Source: Azolla caroliniana
Lineage: Eukaryota > Plantae > Polypodiophyta
DNA length: 64,000 nucleotides
Direction of reading: 5' to 3'
Assembly (NCBI GenBank): GCA_043228905.1
Contig: JBHGNT010000002.1
Span: forward strand, 6,510,001-6,574,000
Shown here: piece after piece, positions 10,945-23,253 of the stretch
Position numbering within the stretch: the stretch's first letter is position 1
Layout of the letters: each line of letters begins with the position of its first letter
Notes under the pieces: model-generated
Told to the model about the DNA's origin: nothing
Database searches by the model: none
What the model saw: the letters and a program-made list of their open reading frames with translations, nothing else
Program-made: the position numbers and the translations under genes

Positions 10945-13900
10945 TCACATGTCCGTTGGTCCTCCCGGACCCTTACCGGCCTCATTCTCTCCGGTTCCCG
11001 GATTGTCGTCTCTGCCGTCTTGGTGGTTGCCGTCGGTCCTCTGCTCAAACGGGTTCTTAGGCATCGGTCCTCTATATGCCTTTAACCGGAATCCGTTGAC
11101 CCATTTGCCCAGCACTTCGCCGGCAAGTGTCCCCAACTGTTAGGACCCATTATACTCCCGTGTTAGCCAATATGGTCCGGTCCATCTAAACCTTAGTTTA
11201 CCCGGCATCTTGCCCATCCGGGTTTGGAATACTAGCACTGGTTTGCCGATTGCGAACATTTTTTCGTTACTTTTCCTGTGCCGGTCGACGAATGCTTTCC
11301 GTCGCCGTTGCTCCAATTCTAAATGTAGGATGTTGGCCAATCGTTGTTCCTCCAGCTCACACAGCGCTGTCAACCTTATTGTCTCCGACTCCTTCTCGTT
11401 CAGCCGTTCTCGTAGCTGGATCCGTAAGCTAGGTACTTGAAATTCTACCGGCATGACCGCCTCGAGTCCGAACGCCAACCGGAACGGTGTTGTTCGGATG
11501 CTTGTTTTGTATGCCGTCCGGTATGCCCAAAGCGCGCTTTGTAGCTTTGTATCCCAATCCGTCCGGTTCTCGTTGACGATCTTCCGAAGGATGTTCTGGA
11601 GCGTCTTGTTTGTTGATTTCGCTAATCCGTTCGCCTGTGGATAGTAAGGTGTGCTTCGTTTGTGGACCACGACATAGAAGGTTGTTAGGCTTTCCACTAC
11701 TTTTCCGAGAAAGTGACCAAGGGGGGCACTTATCAATTCAATGGGGCATCCGTAACGGCACCAGATGTACTCATATAGAAACTTTCCCGTTGACGCAGCG
11801 GTGTTATCCCGTAAAGCTTTGGCCTCCACCCATTTCGTGCAGTAATCCGTAGCAACGATAACGTACCGATTACCCGTTCTTATTGCCGGTGGCTTGAACG
11901 GTCCTACGAAGTCCAGCCCCCACTTTTGGAATGGCTCGAGTGGTAGTACCGGCTGGTGTGGCATACGAGCCTGCTCCGTTGGCTGGCCCATTCTCTGGCA
12001 TAGGTGCGTACCGTACCGCATCTTTTAATGTCGTTGGCCACCATAGGCCACTTTGCCATATTTTTCTGGCCGTCGCATCTCCGGCATAGTGACCTCCGAC
12101 AACTCCGCAATGGGCTTCCCTCAGTATCAGTTCCTTTTCATCGTTGCGCACCGCCCGTCTCCATATGCCGTCAGCTCCCTTGTGGTACAATGTGTCTTGG
12201 AGTAAGCAGAAATGTCGGCTTTGTACCGCTAGGCGTTTCTGTTCGTCCCGGTCCAACTCTTCCGAAGGCAGTCCTGTGCTCAGAAATTGGTGCATATTTG
12301 TGAGCCACTTGTCTTCCTGGGCCACTGTCTCATCTACTGCCGTCTCCGTAGTGACTCGAAACAGTTCTGCATCCGGAAACTCATCCGGTACTCCGTCACC
12401 CGTCTCTCCGGACTCCAATCGGCTTAAGTAATCCGCTATGGCATGCTGTATTTCAAACTCGAACTCCTGTAACAATAAGGTCCACCGGGCCAATTTGCCG
12501 GTGAGTGACGCTTTGGACACCAGGTAAAGGAGTGCCGAATGATCTACATGGAAGGAAAACTTCCTTCCCAATAAATAGTGCTGAAATTTTGTCACACTGT
12601 AGATCATTCCTAGAGCTTCCCGTTCCGTAGTAGAGTAGTTCCGTTCTGCTTGGGATAGCTTCCGGTTGGCATAGTACACTGGCCGGTACCACTTTGGTTC
12701 CGTAGGCTGCATCAGTACGCTTCCGATTGCGATGTCGGAGGCGTCCACGAACACGTGAAATTCTTTACTCCAATCCGGAGGTTGTACTACTGGTGCCTGC
12801 GACAATAGTACCTTTAGGGCCTTATACGCCCTATCCTCAGTATCGGTCCACTGGAATGGTGTCCGATGTACGGCGGCATGCAACGGTGTAGCCAGGTCGG
12901 CCAAGTATCGGAGCATCCGGCTGTGCCACCGGATCTGGCCTAAGAACCGGCTTAATGCCTTTGCCGTTGTCGGCGCCGGTGCTTCTAATATGGCTTTCAC
13001 TTTGTCCTGGTCGACTGCAATACCTTCCTGGCTCACGATATGTCCTAATAAAGTTCCACTGGACACGCCAAATACACACTTTGCCGGATTCAAGCTTAGC
13101 CGATACGCTCTACACTTTTCTAGACAAAGACGGAGGTGCTGAAAATGGTCCTCCTCCCGGCTATAGACGGCGAAATCGTCAAGGAAAACCTGCATAAAAG
13201 TCGGTATATATTCACCAAATTTGTCGATTTCTTCCTTGACCTTGGCAGTATAATTGGGATTCATTCGGTACCGTCTTTGTGCCACTGGTTTTGCATCCTT
13301 GCTCAAGTGCACTTGATGTTGGTATAACTGAGGGTCGAGTCCTCGCATGTCTTCGTATGACCAGGCGAATACGTCGCGAAATTCCGTGAGAAGTGTGATC
13401 ATCGCCGTTTTGTCTCCGGACTTCATCTCCTTGGCGATGTGCACCGGTTTTGCTTCATCCGTGGTGCCTAAATTCACCTCTTCCAATTGCGATGCTTTTA
13501 CGCGCTGTGAAACGGCCATTTCCCGTTCCAACGCTTCCTGCGCTTGCCGTAACTCCCGGATTGCGTCTTTATCCGGTTCTGCTTCCACCTCTTCCGGTTG
13601 CGGTAAGTACGGTGCTACGGCTTCGGCAATGTCAATTTCCAAGAGGGGTATGATCTTCGGGTTTTCCTCCAGGTATTGAGCTTCTTCTTCGTCCGCTAAC
13701 CCTTCGAGCATGTTGACGCATTCCGCATACAACGGTGTACATTCCTTGCCAGTGCTCGTCCTTGGCTGTGTTGGTACCCGTACCTTGGCTTTTCCTCGCC
13801 GGAAGGTAATTATATTTTTTCGCCAATTCTGTTTGATATGTGCCGTTTTCAACCATGGCCACCCCAGCAATAGCGGGTATGCGCCTTGTGCCTGTAATTG

Positions 13901-16351
13901 TAGCACTACGGCCGAGATGTGAAATGTATGCCCGCCGACGGTGACTTCTAATTTCCGTATTAATCCTGTCGGCCGCACTGAGCTTGTATCGGCCATCCGC
14001 AACCAGAACGGACACGGCTCCCACTCGTGGATTCCTAGGTCCTCACACGTCCGGAGGCTTATTACATTTACCCCAGAGCCTCCGTCTATAACTGTGCCGG
14101 GGAGTTCTTTCCCTTTTACAATGGCAGTGATTACCGGACTGCTGGTGTCTACCATTGTAGGTCCCTCCTTCGGATTCGAGAAGAGTACCGGTGCCGGTGA
14201 TGGTTCTTCTGCCGTCATGGCCGTCTTCGGTCCTTCCGTGAATCTAGGCACGAGTTGTAGGAGTCTTCCTAGTGGTAACGTAATCTGGCATTCTTGCAAC
14301 GCCTGCCATGTCTCGTTCTCGGAGTGACTACCGCCGGCAAGCCCTGCGGTGTTCTCCTTTTGCTGCTGTAAGTCTGTGACATTCTGCTCGTTTGCTTTCT
14401 TTACCCATTCCGTTGCTTGTTTCCGAATGGTCTCCTATGTCTCCCATTCTTTGGCCATGCCCTTCGACCTTGTGGTCACCTGCTGCAGGTCTGCCACCTC
14501 AGGGACTACCATATTTACCGCTGGTCGTTTTTCATAGCTCTTCACCGGGAATTGGTTACTATAATGGCCTTCCTGTCGGCAGTAGTAGCAGTAGGCCTTC
14601 CGAGCATTGCTAGATTCGGCATTGTCTGTTGTGCCCGGGGCAGGTCCTACGGTACGCGCGGGGTTTTGTACCGGTTGGCTACTTGGGGCTCCTTGTTCCG
14701 GATCCCGGGGGTAGCCGCCTTTTTTAAAATGCCGTTTTTTGTTAAAGCTCTTTTTATTACGGTACTCTTGACGGGGTTGCCCGTTATATCTGCCGTATTC
14801 CTCCCATTGCCGACGATACCCGGGGGAGTGCTCCCGGTCGTACTGTTCGTATCGTCTATTGTAATCCTGGTACCGATCATGCCGGTCATAGTTATCTCGC
14901 CGATCACCGTACCAGACATCCTTTTCCCGTCGCTCGCCATACCGAACATCATTTTCCCGTCGCTCGCCATACCGGACATCCTGTGCCGGTCGGTCACGGT
15001 CCATTCGCCGCCAGCGTTCGTCTTCTTCATCCCGGCTGCTGCGTGGCTCAATTTGTCGGACGGGCGGTGCTTGCCGAGTCAACAGATTATACTCGCACCT
15101 ATCCGTCGTATGGCTCTTGGACTGACAGATTACACATTGCGTCCTCATAGTGCATTCTAGAGCCGAGTGTCCGGAATTCAAGCAGGTTGTGCACTGTATT
15201 GCTTGCCGAAACCGGAGGTCTTCATCGGACGGTAACGCCCGTTGAAGTGCGCCCAGTGTGAGCCAGGAGCTTGTCTTTTCCATCTCTTTCACCCGGTCAA
15301 TGACCTGGTCGATGGTACTTGTGCGGAAATCGATTACCGTGCAAACTGTGCGTAGGGGTTCCCGGAGCGCGTTTAGGAATATCGTCCGTAATTCCTCCTC
15401 CGGGGGTGCACGGGTAAGTTGACTATGCATCCGTTGAAACCGGATGACAAATTGGGGAATGCTCTCCCCTGCCTCTTGCCGGATTGTATAAAATAAGCCT
15501 ACCATTACGGTCTAGTCCACCTCCTTTTGAAAAAAATGCATGAATTTAGCTTTTAAATCTGCAAAGGTGTTGATGGTAGACGGGTCCTGGGTCCGGCGCC
15601 ATCTTGTTGCCGATCCCTCCAATGTGATGCCAAACTCTGCTATCTTAGAGCGTTATTCTTCCTCCGGTGTTAGTCGCTGGGACACATGGTTGGCTTCCCA
15701 TGTCTGTTCAAAGGCGTGCACATGAGCTTCCGCGTCCGGATCATCTCTATACTTGGAGTACTGGAACGGCATGTCGTCGTCCGGTATCGATGCGCGGGCT
15801 GGTAGTGTTGGTGCTCGTTCCGGAATTTTCTCCGGTGTCTGTGGTCTTTCCCGATTTGATTCTGGTGTCAGTTGTTTCTCTTCCTTTGGTGACGGAGGCT
15901 TCTCCTCCTCGACTTCCGGTGTCGTAGGTCGTTCTTCTTCTACTGGTTCCGGGGGTTCCAGCGTTAGCACTTCCGATGTCGGTAAGGTATCCGATCCTTC
16001 GTCCTCCGGTCCGCTCGGGGTTTCGTTGTTGCTACGGTAGTTCGTGTGCACGCTGTATTCCCCTTCGGAGTCTGATTCATATGCTGAAAAGGCCTCTGCT
16101 TTGCCTTCTCCGTTTGCCAACGCATGGAGAAGGGATTCGGTTTCCCGGAGGCTGCTTAGGCTGCTGCCGTCGTCCGGGTGCGATGTTTGCTGTAACCAGA
16201 GGGAGTCCTCCGCTACTCTCCGGATTACGTTGGAAAACGAGCGATCCGCTCTAATTTCCTGCGCCGCTTGCTGGAAAGCCTCGCGTCTCCTTTGCCTTTC
16301 GGCAAGGTGTCGAGTTCGATCTGTAACCAGGTTGTGCGTTGATCTAGACAT
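10945..16351 (-). pseudogene. gag-pol of element D (stops, frameshifts and an internal RT deletion)
   Basis: Gag with CCHC knuckles; protease VIDGGSGVN; RT FLDD; RNase H VDAS/TEREAL/VDH; INT WGLDFVGP, YYPQANG, RWTGPY. Confidence 0.93.
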
Positions 16352-16387
16352 CCATCCGTGCCATCGTTCGCTGCAAAAACAGGAATC

Positions 16388-16397
16388 GTGGTCGCCA
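16388..16397 (-). promoter_or_regulatory. Primer-binding site TGGCGACCAC (tRNA-Arg-like), 7 nt downstream of the 5' LTR
   Basis: Complementary to a ...GTGGTCGCCA tRNA 3' end; tRNA identity is from recalled plant tRNA-Arg sequence. Confidence 0.7.
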
Positions 16398-16404
16398 AAA
16401 ACTG

Positions 16405-16837
16405 TGTTAACTCTTAGGGCCGGACAATGGCCTAACACAGGGTGTCTACGGGAGACACTTCACCAAAGGGTGTTACGGCAACCAGATTAGACTTCAACGC
16501 TTAATCCGACTTAATCAAGTTACTTATTAGGATCGTCTTCATAACACGCGTAAGATATAACAATTAAGACAGAACGGCAATTGACACAGAGATATAACAA
16601 CGCTTAAGCTTTCATTAATTAACCGCTAACTATTACATTGTATCCGGGCCTTTAAATAGGTTTCCGGTCTGTATTACAAAACGGTGCCATCCGCACCTGT
16701 TCGGGATCGGTCCGGATCCGGAACGACATACCACTTCCGATCCGTCCGTCCACACTCATAGCTTAATTACAACCACATTCCTACTACTTAATTAACTCTC
16801 CGTTTCCCACTCTAGACTCCTTTGCCGGCCGGTAACA
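16405..16837 (-). repeat. 5' LTR of element D
   Basis: Matches 6603-7035 and is followed by the PBS. Confidence 0.97.
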
Positions 16838-17829
16838 ATCTTGAGGGGCTTTCACGTGTCACTCGCGTGTACTCGGTACAAAGGTACATAACATTGTTTC
16901 TCAGTGCCTCGCCGAAGTCGACGTAGTCTCTTCGAATGTGGCCGGCACCGTCGCACCACATGCACCTCAGGTTATTGGGTTGGTGTCGGTCACGCATTTG
17001 ACCTCTGCCATCCCTCCGGGCCTGAGCGATCTGGAGGTCATGCACCATCTTCATCACCTCCTTGAGTGTCGTGCCTCTTGATGGCCCATCGACCACCTTG
17101 GTCAAAACTGGCCCCTACTCGAGCCGTGTTTTGGTCTTGTTTGACCGAGTCGGCACCCCCCCACCCTTCCTCCATTTGTTGTCGAGCCTGCCAATGACAT
17201 TCCCTCGTCGTTCCATTCCCGTTGTTTGTCGAAATGGTTGCAGACTCTCTTCACCACGGCCTAGTCGGTCGTGAGCCCTCCGTCCGTCTCTAATAGGAGA
17301 CCAACCTTCTCCTGGTCAAGCGGATCGACTGATTTGATAAACAATAGGACCTTGCTTGTGTCGAGCGCAGTCCGGTGCAACAACGATAGTCGCACAAATC
17401 GTTTCTCAAACTCCTAGAGAAACACCAATGTGTTCCTTCCTTTGCCAAGGAGCTCGAGCAACTCCATAAGCTCCCTCTTCGACAACCGGAGTGGGTCGTC
17501 AAGGCCATACCTTTCAAGAAGTCGCTTCTCGAGCTCCGACCAGTTTCGGTAGTCGTCTTGTAACTCGAGCACCTCCGTGTGGATGCTCAGCGTGACCATG
17601 TGGGGAAATCCGGACATAGAATATCCCGCATCAACATTTCGGCCTTGTAGGCCTCCAGGTAGCTCGTCACATCTCTTCCATTGAATTGGCACGTTGTGTT
17701 GACTATCGTCTTGATGGCTCTGTCAAGCCCTGATGAGCACTCTCGAACGTTCCCAAACGGTCCACGGCAGCTGCCATTGCTTCTGCAAGTTCACCCCCCT
17801 CTCATCCTGAGACTCCTCTGATGCCCTTT

Positions 17830-17845
17830 CATGTCAGGTTCACCA
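17830..17845 (-). promoter_or_regulatory. Primer-binding site TGGTGAACCTGACATG (tRNA-Trp-like) of element C
   Basis: Matches the complement of the recalled plant tRNA-Trp 3' end (TGGTGAACCCGACGTG) apart from two CpG-type transitions; 4 nt from the LTR. Confidence 0.75.
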
Positions 17846-17849
17846 AAGA

Positions 17850-18631
17850 TGTCACGGATATCCATGTGTACGTGTCGGTTTGGGCGGGACCATCGGGGCC
17901 TTGAATTAAGGGGCTAGAGAGAGAGGGAGAGAGAGACCACGAAGCTTACTGTCACTATCCGGCTTGGCTACTGGATACCTTAACGGAGCACAGAAGGGGA
18001 GAAACAACACCTCTCCGGACACCGAAACAAAGAGAGTAGTCGTAACGTGAGACAGAGAGCGGAAAATACAGCAAACCAGTAATAGATTAAAAGATGGAAT
18101 AGGATACAATTGGTGTCAAGCTGGAGGTAGAGCTTTGAGCTCTGCACACACACACACACGCGCGCCTGTGCACATACGCACTAGTCACCCTTTGGTCGGC
18201 AACGCACGGGCTTCCTACACGAGCAGATGCCTCACCCTAGCTATCCGAATCAGCATTGAATAGGACAAGAAAACAAACAGATCTCCTTATCACAACTGTA
18301 GCATCTTCTGTTCCAAAATGGTGGCTCCCAAAAACATACTCCCTCCCTCCCTTTTATAGCTCAAGGGGTGGGAGGGTCGGTATCACATCAGGCTCTTAAG
18401 AGAGCCTTTTCGGTTAGAGATCCTCCCCATGATTCTCTGCCCTCACCCACCTTTATTCCCCTCTATCCGCAGGATCATAAAGTACCTATTAAATACTCCG
18501 GTTTTGTACTTATTGTTATAGAGGATATACATTTGTTTTTATACAAGACTTCCTTTTGTGTGCTTCCATGCAGATCCTATTCCCATGCGGTCGTCAAGCT
18601 TTTTTCCCCTTTGTTGGAATCCTCCACGACA
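17850..18631 (-). repeat. 5' LTR of element C
   Basis: TGTCGTGG...CCGTGACA; shares TTGAGCTATAAAAG and GGTCCCGCC motifs with LTR A; outer flank is ACGT. Confidence 0.88.
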
Positions 18632-18739
18632 ACGTGTGCCTCCAATTTGGCTCAAGTAACCCCACATTGGAAGGTTATTTGGGCATGTCGGTTGATGTGG
18701 ATACTAGCCGATCCACGTCCGGATACGTAATGACTTATA

Positions 18740-21700
18740 AACATATACCAGTTCGACTTCACCAGAAAGAACTCGCTCGTGGACAAAATGATAGTGCACC
18801 TCAATGTGCTTGGTTTGGGCGTGGAAGACAGGGTTCTTAGCAAGTTGGATGTTGTTGAGGTTGTCACAGTATTAATGAATGTTGGTTCAAACCCATCTAC
18901 TCGCAGATCCTTCACTAGCCTTTTGAGCCATATGGCTTCGCATGTCGTGACAATTGCTCCTTGATACTCGGCTTCGGTGCTTGACAATGCAACTGTCGAC
19001 TGCTTCTTGCTACTCCAGGCGATTGTGGCGCTTCCAAGTGAAAACGCATAACCGGATGTAGACCTACGGTCATCGGTGTTTCAGACGCAATAGATTGTTG
19101 GGAAATTGGTCCCTTCGGATGGGATCTAGTTATGGATGAAGAGGACCCGGTGAGAACCAGACGAGATCCGGAAACCGGATCGGATGGACCCGGTGAGAAC
19201 CGGAAGAGAAGACATATTTGTAAATATGTTTTGAATAAGCCTATTGAGGCTATATTTGTAAATAGCCCTAAGTTCATATAAGTATAAATATGACTTAGTG
19301 CAATCATTTTATGTGGTGTTGTAGCCATATTGTTGTATGTGTATAACTGTGGCATAGAGCAAGTGACAGAGAGAGAGAGAGAGAGTGAGATACATAACAG
19401 TTTTTGTTGTAACTGCCGCTTAGCGAAGAAACAGAGCTCGAGGTCGTTTTCTCCGAGTCTCTGATTGTGCCTTTCTCATATAGTGATAGTTTGGAGCCTG
19501 TGGGCTCCCGTGGTTTTTCCCTAATAGGGTTTTCCACGTAAATATCCTGTGTACTCTCTATTGTTCGTGTGTGTACATGCGTTCACTCCCTACTTCCCAT
19601 TTCTGTGTTTGATTCTCATTGAAGTGTTCAAGAATCGGTTGTGGCCGAGCTATATTCCGTGCTTTTCTCTTCATAGATATCCGTGTAGCTAACTAACTGT
19701 CCGGCTACACCGGTCCGATATAGCAACCCCCGGTCCTTGGTGCCACTAACATACCTCAGTATTCGTTGCGCACATTAAAGGTGCTCCACTATTGGATGCG
19801 CCATGAATTGACTAATCAGGCTGACCGGATAGTTGAGGTCCAATCGAGTGATGGTCAAATAGATTAGGCTTCTGACTATCTATCGCAACCGTTTCGGAGT
19901 TGGGGCGAAGCTTCACATTGCTATCCAGAGGAGTTGAGATGGATTTGTACTCCTCCATTCCAAACTTGAAGAGCATACTCAACATTCGATCGGTATGCCT
20001 TCGGGGGTGTGGAACACTTCGATCCCAAGAAAGTAATGAAGGCCCCTTAGATCCTTCATGTCGAATGATGCCGCTAGCTAGGACTTGACGCAGTCGATTT
20101 CTTCGTGGTTAGCACTGGTGATGACCAAATCATCAATGTAAAGTAAAGTACTAACCAGCCCATTTCGACCTTGCCGGATGAAAAGTGAAGAGTCCGACTT
20201 CGATGTGGCAAACCCCATCCGACGCAGTTGTTGCATGATGTTCGAACCAGGCACACAAGGCTTGCTTTAGTTGGGAGAGGGACTTCTTCAGCCGGCAAAC
20301 AACCGACGTGTTCATTTCGGACAGAAACCCGGGGAGTTGTACCATGTACACTTGTTCCTCAAGCTCACCTTGCAAGAACACATTCTTTACATCCATTTGA
20401 TATAGGTGCCACCTCTTTGCTGCAACTACCACGAGCAGGACACAAACAATCGTCATCTTCGCGACCGGCACAAAAGTCTCATCGTGGTCGATGCCGTGTT
20501 GTTGTGAATAGCCTTTTGCCACTTACCGGGCCTTGTACCGGTTGACGGAGCTTTCCGTGTTGTACTTGACCTTGTACACCCACATGCATCTGATCGGCTT
20601 CACTCCTTTCGGAACGTCAACAAGGTCCCATGTGCATCTCTTCCTCCATATCAGCATGCCAAATTGTGTCCTTTTCCACTTTTGCGTAGCTCTGTGGCTC
20701 ACGCACTTCTGCCACCTTTATCATGTACACATAGTGATGCACCAGGTATTCATTGTATGTGTATCGAACTACGGGTGCTTCTGGTGGGTAGATCGACGCA
20801 ATTTCTGCTCAGCCGATTTGATGGCCCTCTTGGCTGACTCCAACCTCTTCTCCGAAGGTCCATATTCTTACTTCCTAGAGTCGGTTTTGCTCCGATCCGA
20901 CTCTTCCCCTTTTCTCTACGTGTGAACCTTCTCCTTAGTTCCTTGCGTGGGGAGTGCACAACCGAGTCTCCACTACTCGTTGTCTCATCATCGGACTAAT
21001 CGATCTGACTTAGTCGCTCATTCGGCCCAGTTAGCCGGAATGAGATCAGAATATCTTCTTGAGCTCCGATTTCTTGTTCGTTCGGAGGCATTCCGGCCTC
21101 ACTTATCTCGTCCTCAGAAATGGGAATGGAGTTTTTGGGGATCGGAGACAAGGGCAAGTACCATGATGTTGACTCGTCCAACACGACATCTCGACTTACT
21201 CGGACCTATTTGGTTTTGGTGTTATAACACTTACAACCCTTCTGCTCGTCCGAGTAGCCGGCGAGAATGCACTTCTCGGCTTTTGTATCCAACTTACTTC
21301 GTTTCTCCTTCGGCTCATGCACATAGGCAATGCTGCTGAACACCTTCAAGTGTCCCAGATTCAGTTTCTTTCCGAAGTAGAGCTCAATAACATGCGGAGA
21401 CATTCCTCCATTTGCAGATGTCCGATTCTACAGGTAGACGGCTGTCCAGACCGCTTCGACCCAGTAAAACTTCGGCATATGCTTCTCCTCAAGCATTGCC
21501 CATGCCACCTCCTCTATAGTTTGATTCTTCCGCTCGGCTACACCGTTCTACTCCAGTTTGTATTTGCAAGAGAATTCTCGCTGAATTCCCTACTTCTATA
21601 GATAACTCGAGAACTGATCAGAGAAGTACTCTTTTCCGCCATCAAACCTTAGACACTTGATTTTTCTGTCGGTTTCCCGTTTGGCAAGGCTCTTCACCTT

Positions 21701-23253
21701 TAGGAAGCAGGCGAAGACTTCACTCTTCTTTGCGATCAAGCACGCCCATGTGTGCGGAGTGTAGTCATCAATGAAGGTTACAAAGTAACAAGTTACTCCG
21801 ATGCTCACATTCTGTGTCGGTCCCCACACATCCGAATGGATCAAATCAAGCCACTTCCAGCTCCAATTTCACTCGTCGGGTAATGGAAGTCGATACTGCT
21901 TCCCTAACTAACAGGATTCTTAGACTTGGCCCTTTCGGCCACTAAATTTTGGCAAGTAGAAAATGATGTTTTTCGTCTACATCTCTTGAAGCCTCGGGAA
22001 GTGGACATGGCCAAATCACTTGTGCCATAGGTCAATGTACGACTCGACCTTTTGCCCTTTGGTGAACATAGCGGCACCAACGTCGTTTTTTCTCGAGGAT
22101 GAACATCCTCCCTTGTTGGCGCCAATGTCGTACGTAATAATCCGACCTTCTTCCTCTATGAAGCACCCAGGGTGAGTAAATCGAACTTGCATGCCCTACT
22201 CGACAACTTGTCCGACCGACACCAAGTTGTTGGTGATTGTCGGCACATGCAAGAAATTTCTCATGATTCCTCTCTAATCGACATGGCTCAAAGGGACATC
22301 TCCAATATGTTTGATGGGGTGAGGGGTGTCATAGCCAGTTTCGACAACCCCCAGCTCTTTCAGCTTCTCTAGTGTCGAGAACCACTCCTTGTGATTCGTC
22401 ATATGGTTTGATGCTCTGGAATCCACGTACCACACCTCATTTGACTTCGAGGTGCTTGCCGCCATCGAGTTGGCTTTGTGTTTCATGACAAAGGCAGGGT
22501 CCATTCAGCTTGCCTTCAGCTTTGAGCATAATGCGATCTTTGACACCTATTTGCGTCATCTCAGCTCGATCCAACTCGGTCTGAATTGGCACCCTTCTTT
22601 CAACACTCGCTCTCTGTGTGGCCCTTCTGGCCACAGTACCAACAATCCGTCGCAACCTTTCCTTGCCAGTTTCCGGCACCGCCTTGACTCCCCCTACTTG
22701 TGGAGGGTCCGAAATTGCTATCGACATCCCTATTGTCCCTTTCATTCTACTCCTGTTCGCCACCTCCATTTCGTGCCGACCCGCCTCGTCTACCACGATC
22801 ATGGGCTCAATCTGCCTCTGTGTACAACATCTTGTTGTCAGCGTGCGTGCTCATCGACGCACCCGTGTGGTTTTCTTCAATGAGCAACATTGATTCTAGC
22901 TTGAAGAACGACGACATATTCTCTCTCATGCTGACCGCCATTCGGAATAATCCGAACTTAGATGCTAGGCCTCCGAGGCAAACATGCACCATCTCGTCTT
23001 CTTCCACCGTTACATTGACGGAAGCAAGAGAGTCGAAGATCTCCTTTACCTTGGAGGTATAGTTAGTCACTAACATATCTCTCTATCGAACGTTGCTCAG
23101 CTCCTTTTCGAGTTGCAACTTCCTGACCGTCGTGATAGTGGTGATTCAATCCGACTAGACTAGCCGATTTGGGCCTAACCGATCGGTTTGCATCCGATTC
23201 GGTTCTCAACTTCTTCAGCCGATCTGGCCCAAGTTGAGCTTTCTTGCTGAACA
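18740..23253 (-). mobile_element. Degenerate Ty1/Copia element E (gag-PR-INT-RT-RH) with a deleted 5' region
   Basis: [56 protein letters not shown]; 23130-23253 resembles the LTR start of Copia F. Confidence 0.9.
19096..19673 (+). mobile_element. Solo LTR inserted in the RNase H of Copia E
   Basis: TG...CA; TSD TAGAT (19091-19095, 19674-19678); same family motifs as 9361-10060. Confidence 0.92.

Larger units (their letters stand above)
6603..16837 (-). mobile_element. Full-length young non-chromoviral Gypsy element D with a 3' extra ORF
   Basis: Two 433-bp LTRs (6603-7035, 16405-16837) with 6 substitutions counted by eye; perfect TSD ATCTT (6598-6602, 16838-16842); gag-PR-RT-RH-INT order. 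Confidence 0.97.
5446..18631 (-). mobile_element. Gypsy element C (same lineage as A): 5' LTR, PBS and degenerate gag-protease; split by element D and cut at 5446 by element B
   Basis: LTR 17850-18631; gag remnants at 16838-17800 (CMWCDGAGH knuckle) continuing at 5446-6602; protease-like VVALIDHGLEINLM at ~5810-5860. Confidence 0.8.

Noticed and set aside
14417-15160. 247-aa hydrophobic plus-strand ORF
   Set aside because: Shadow of the Arg/Asp-rich gag region on the opposite strand.
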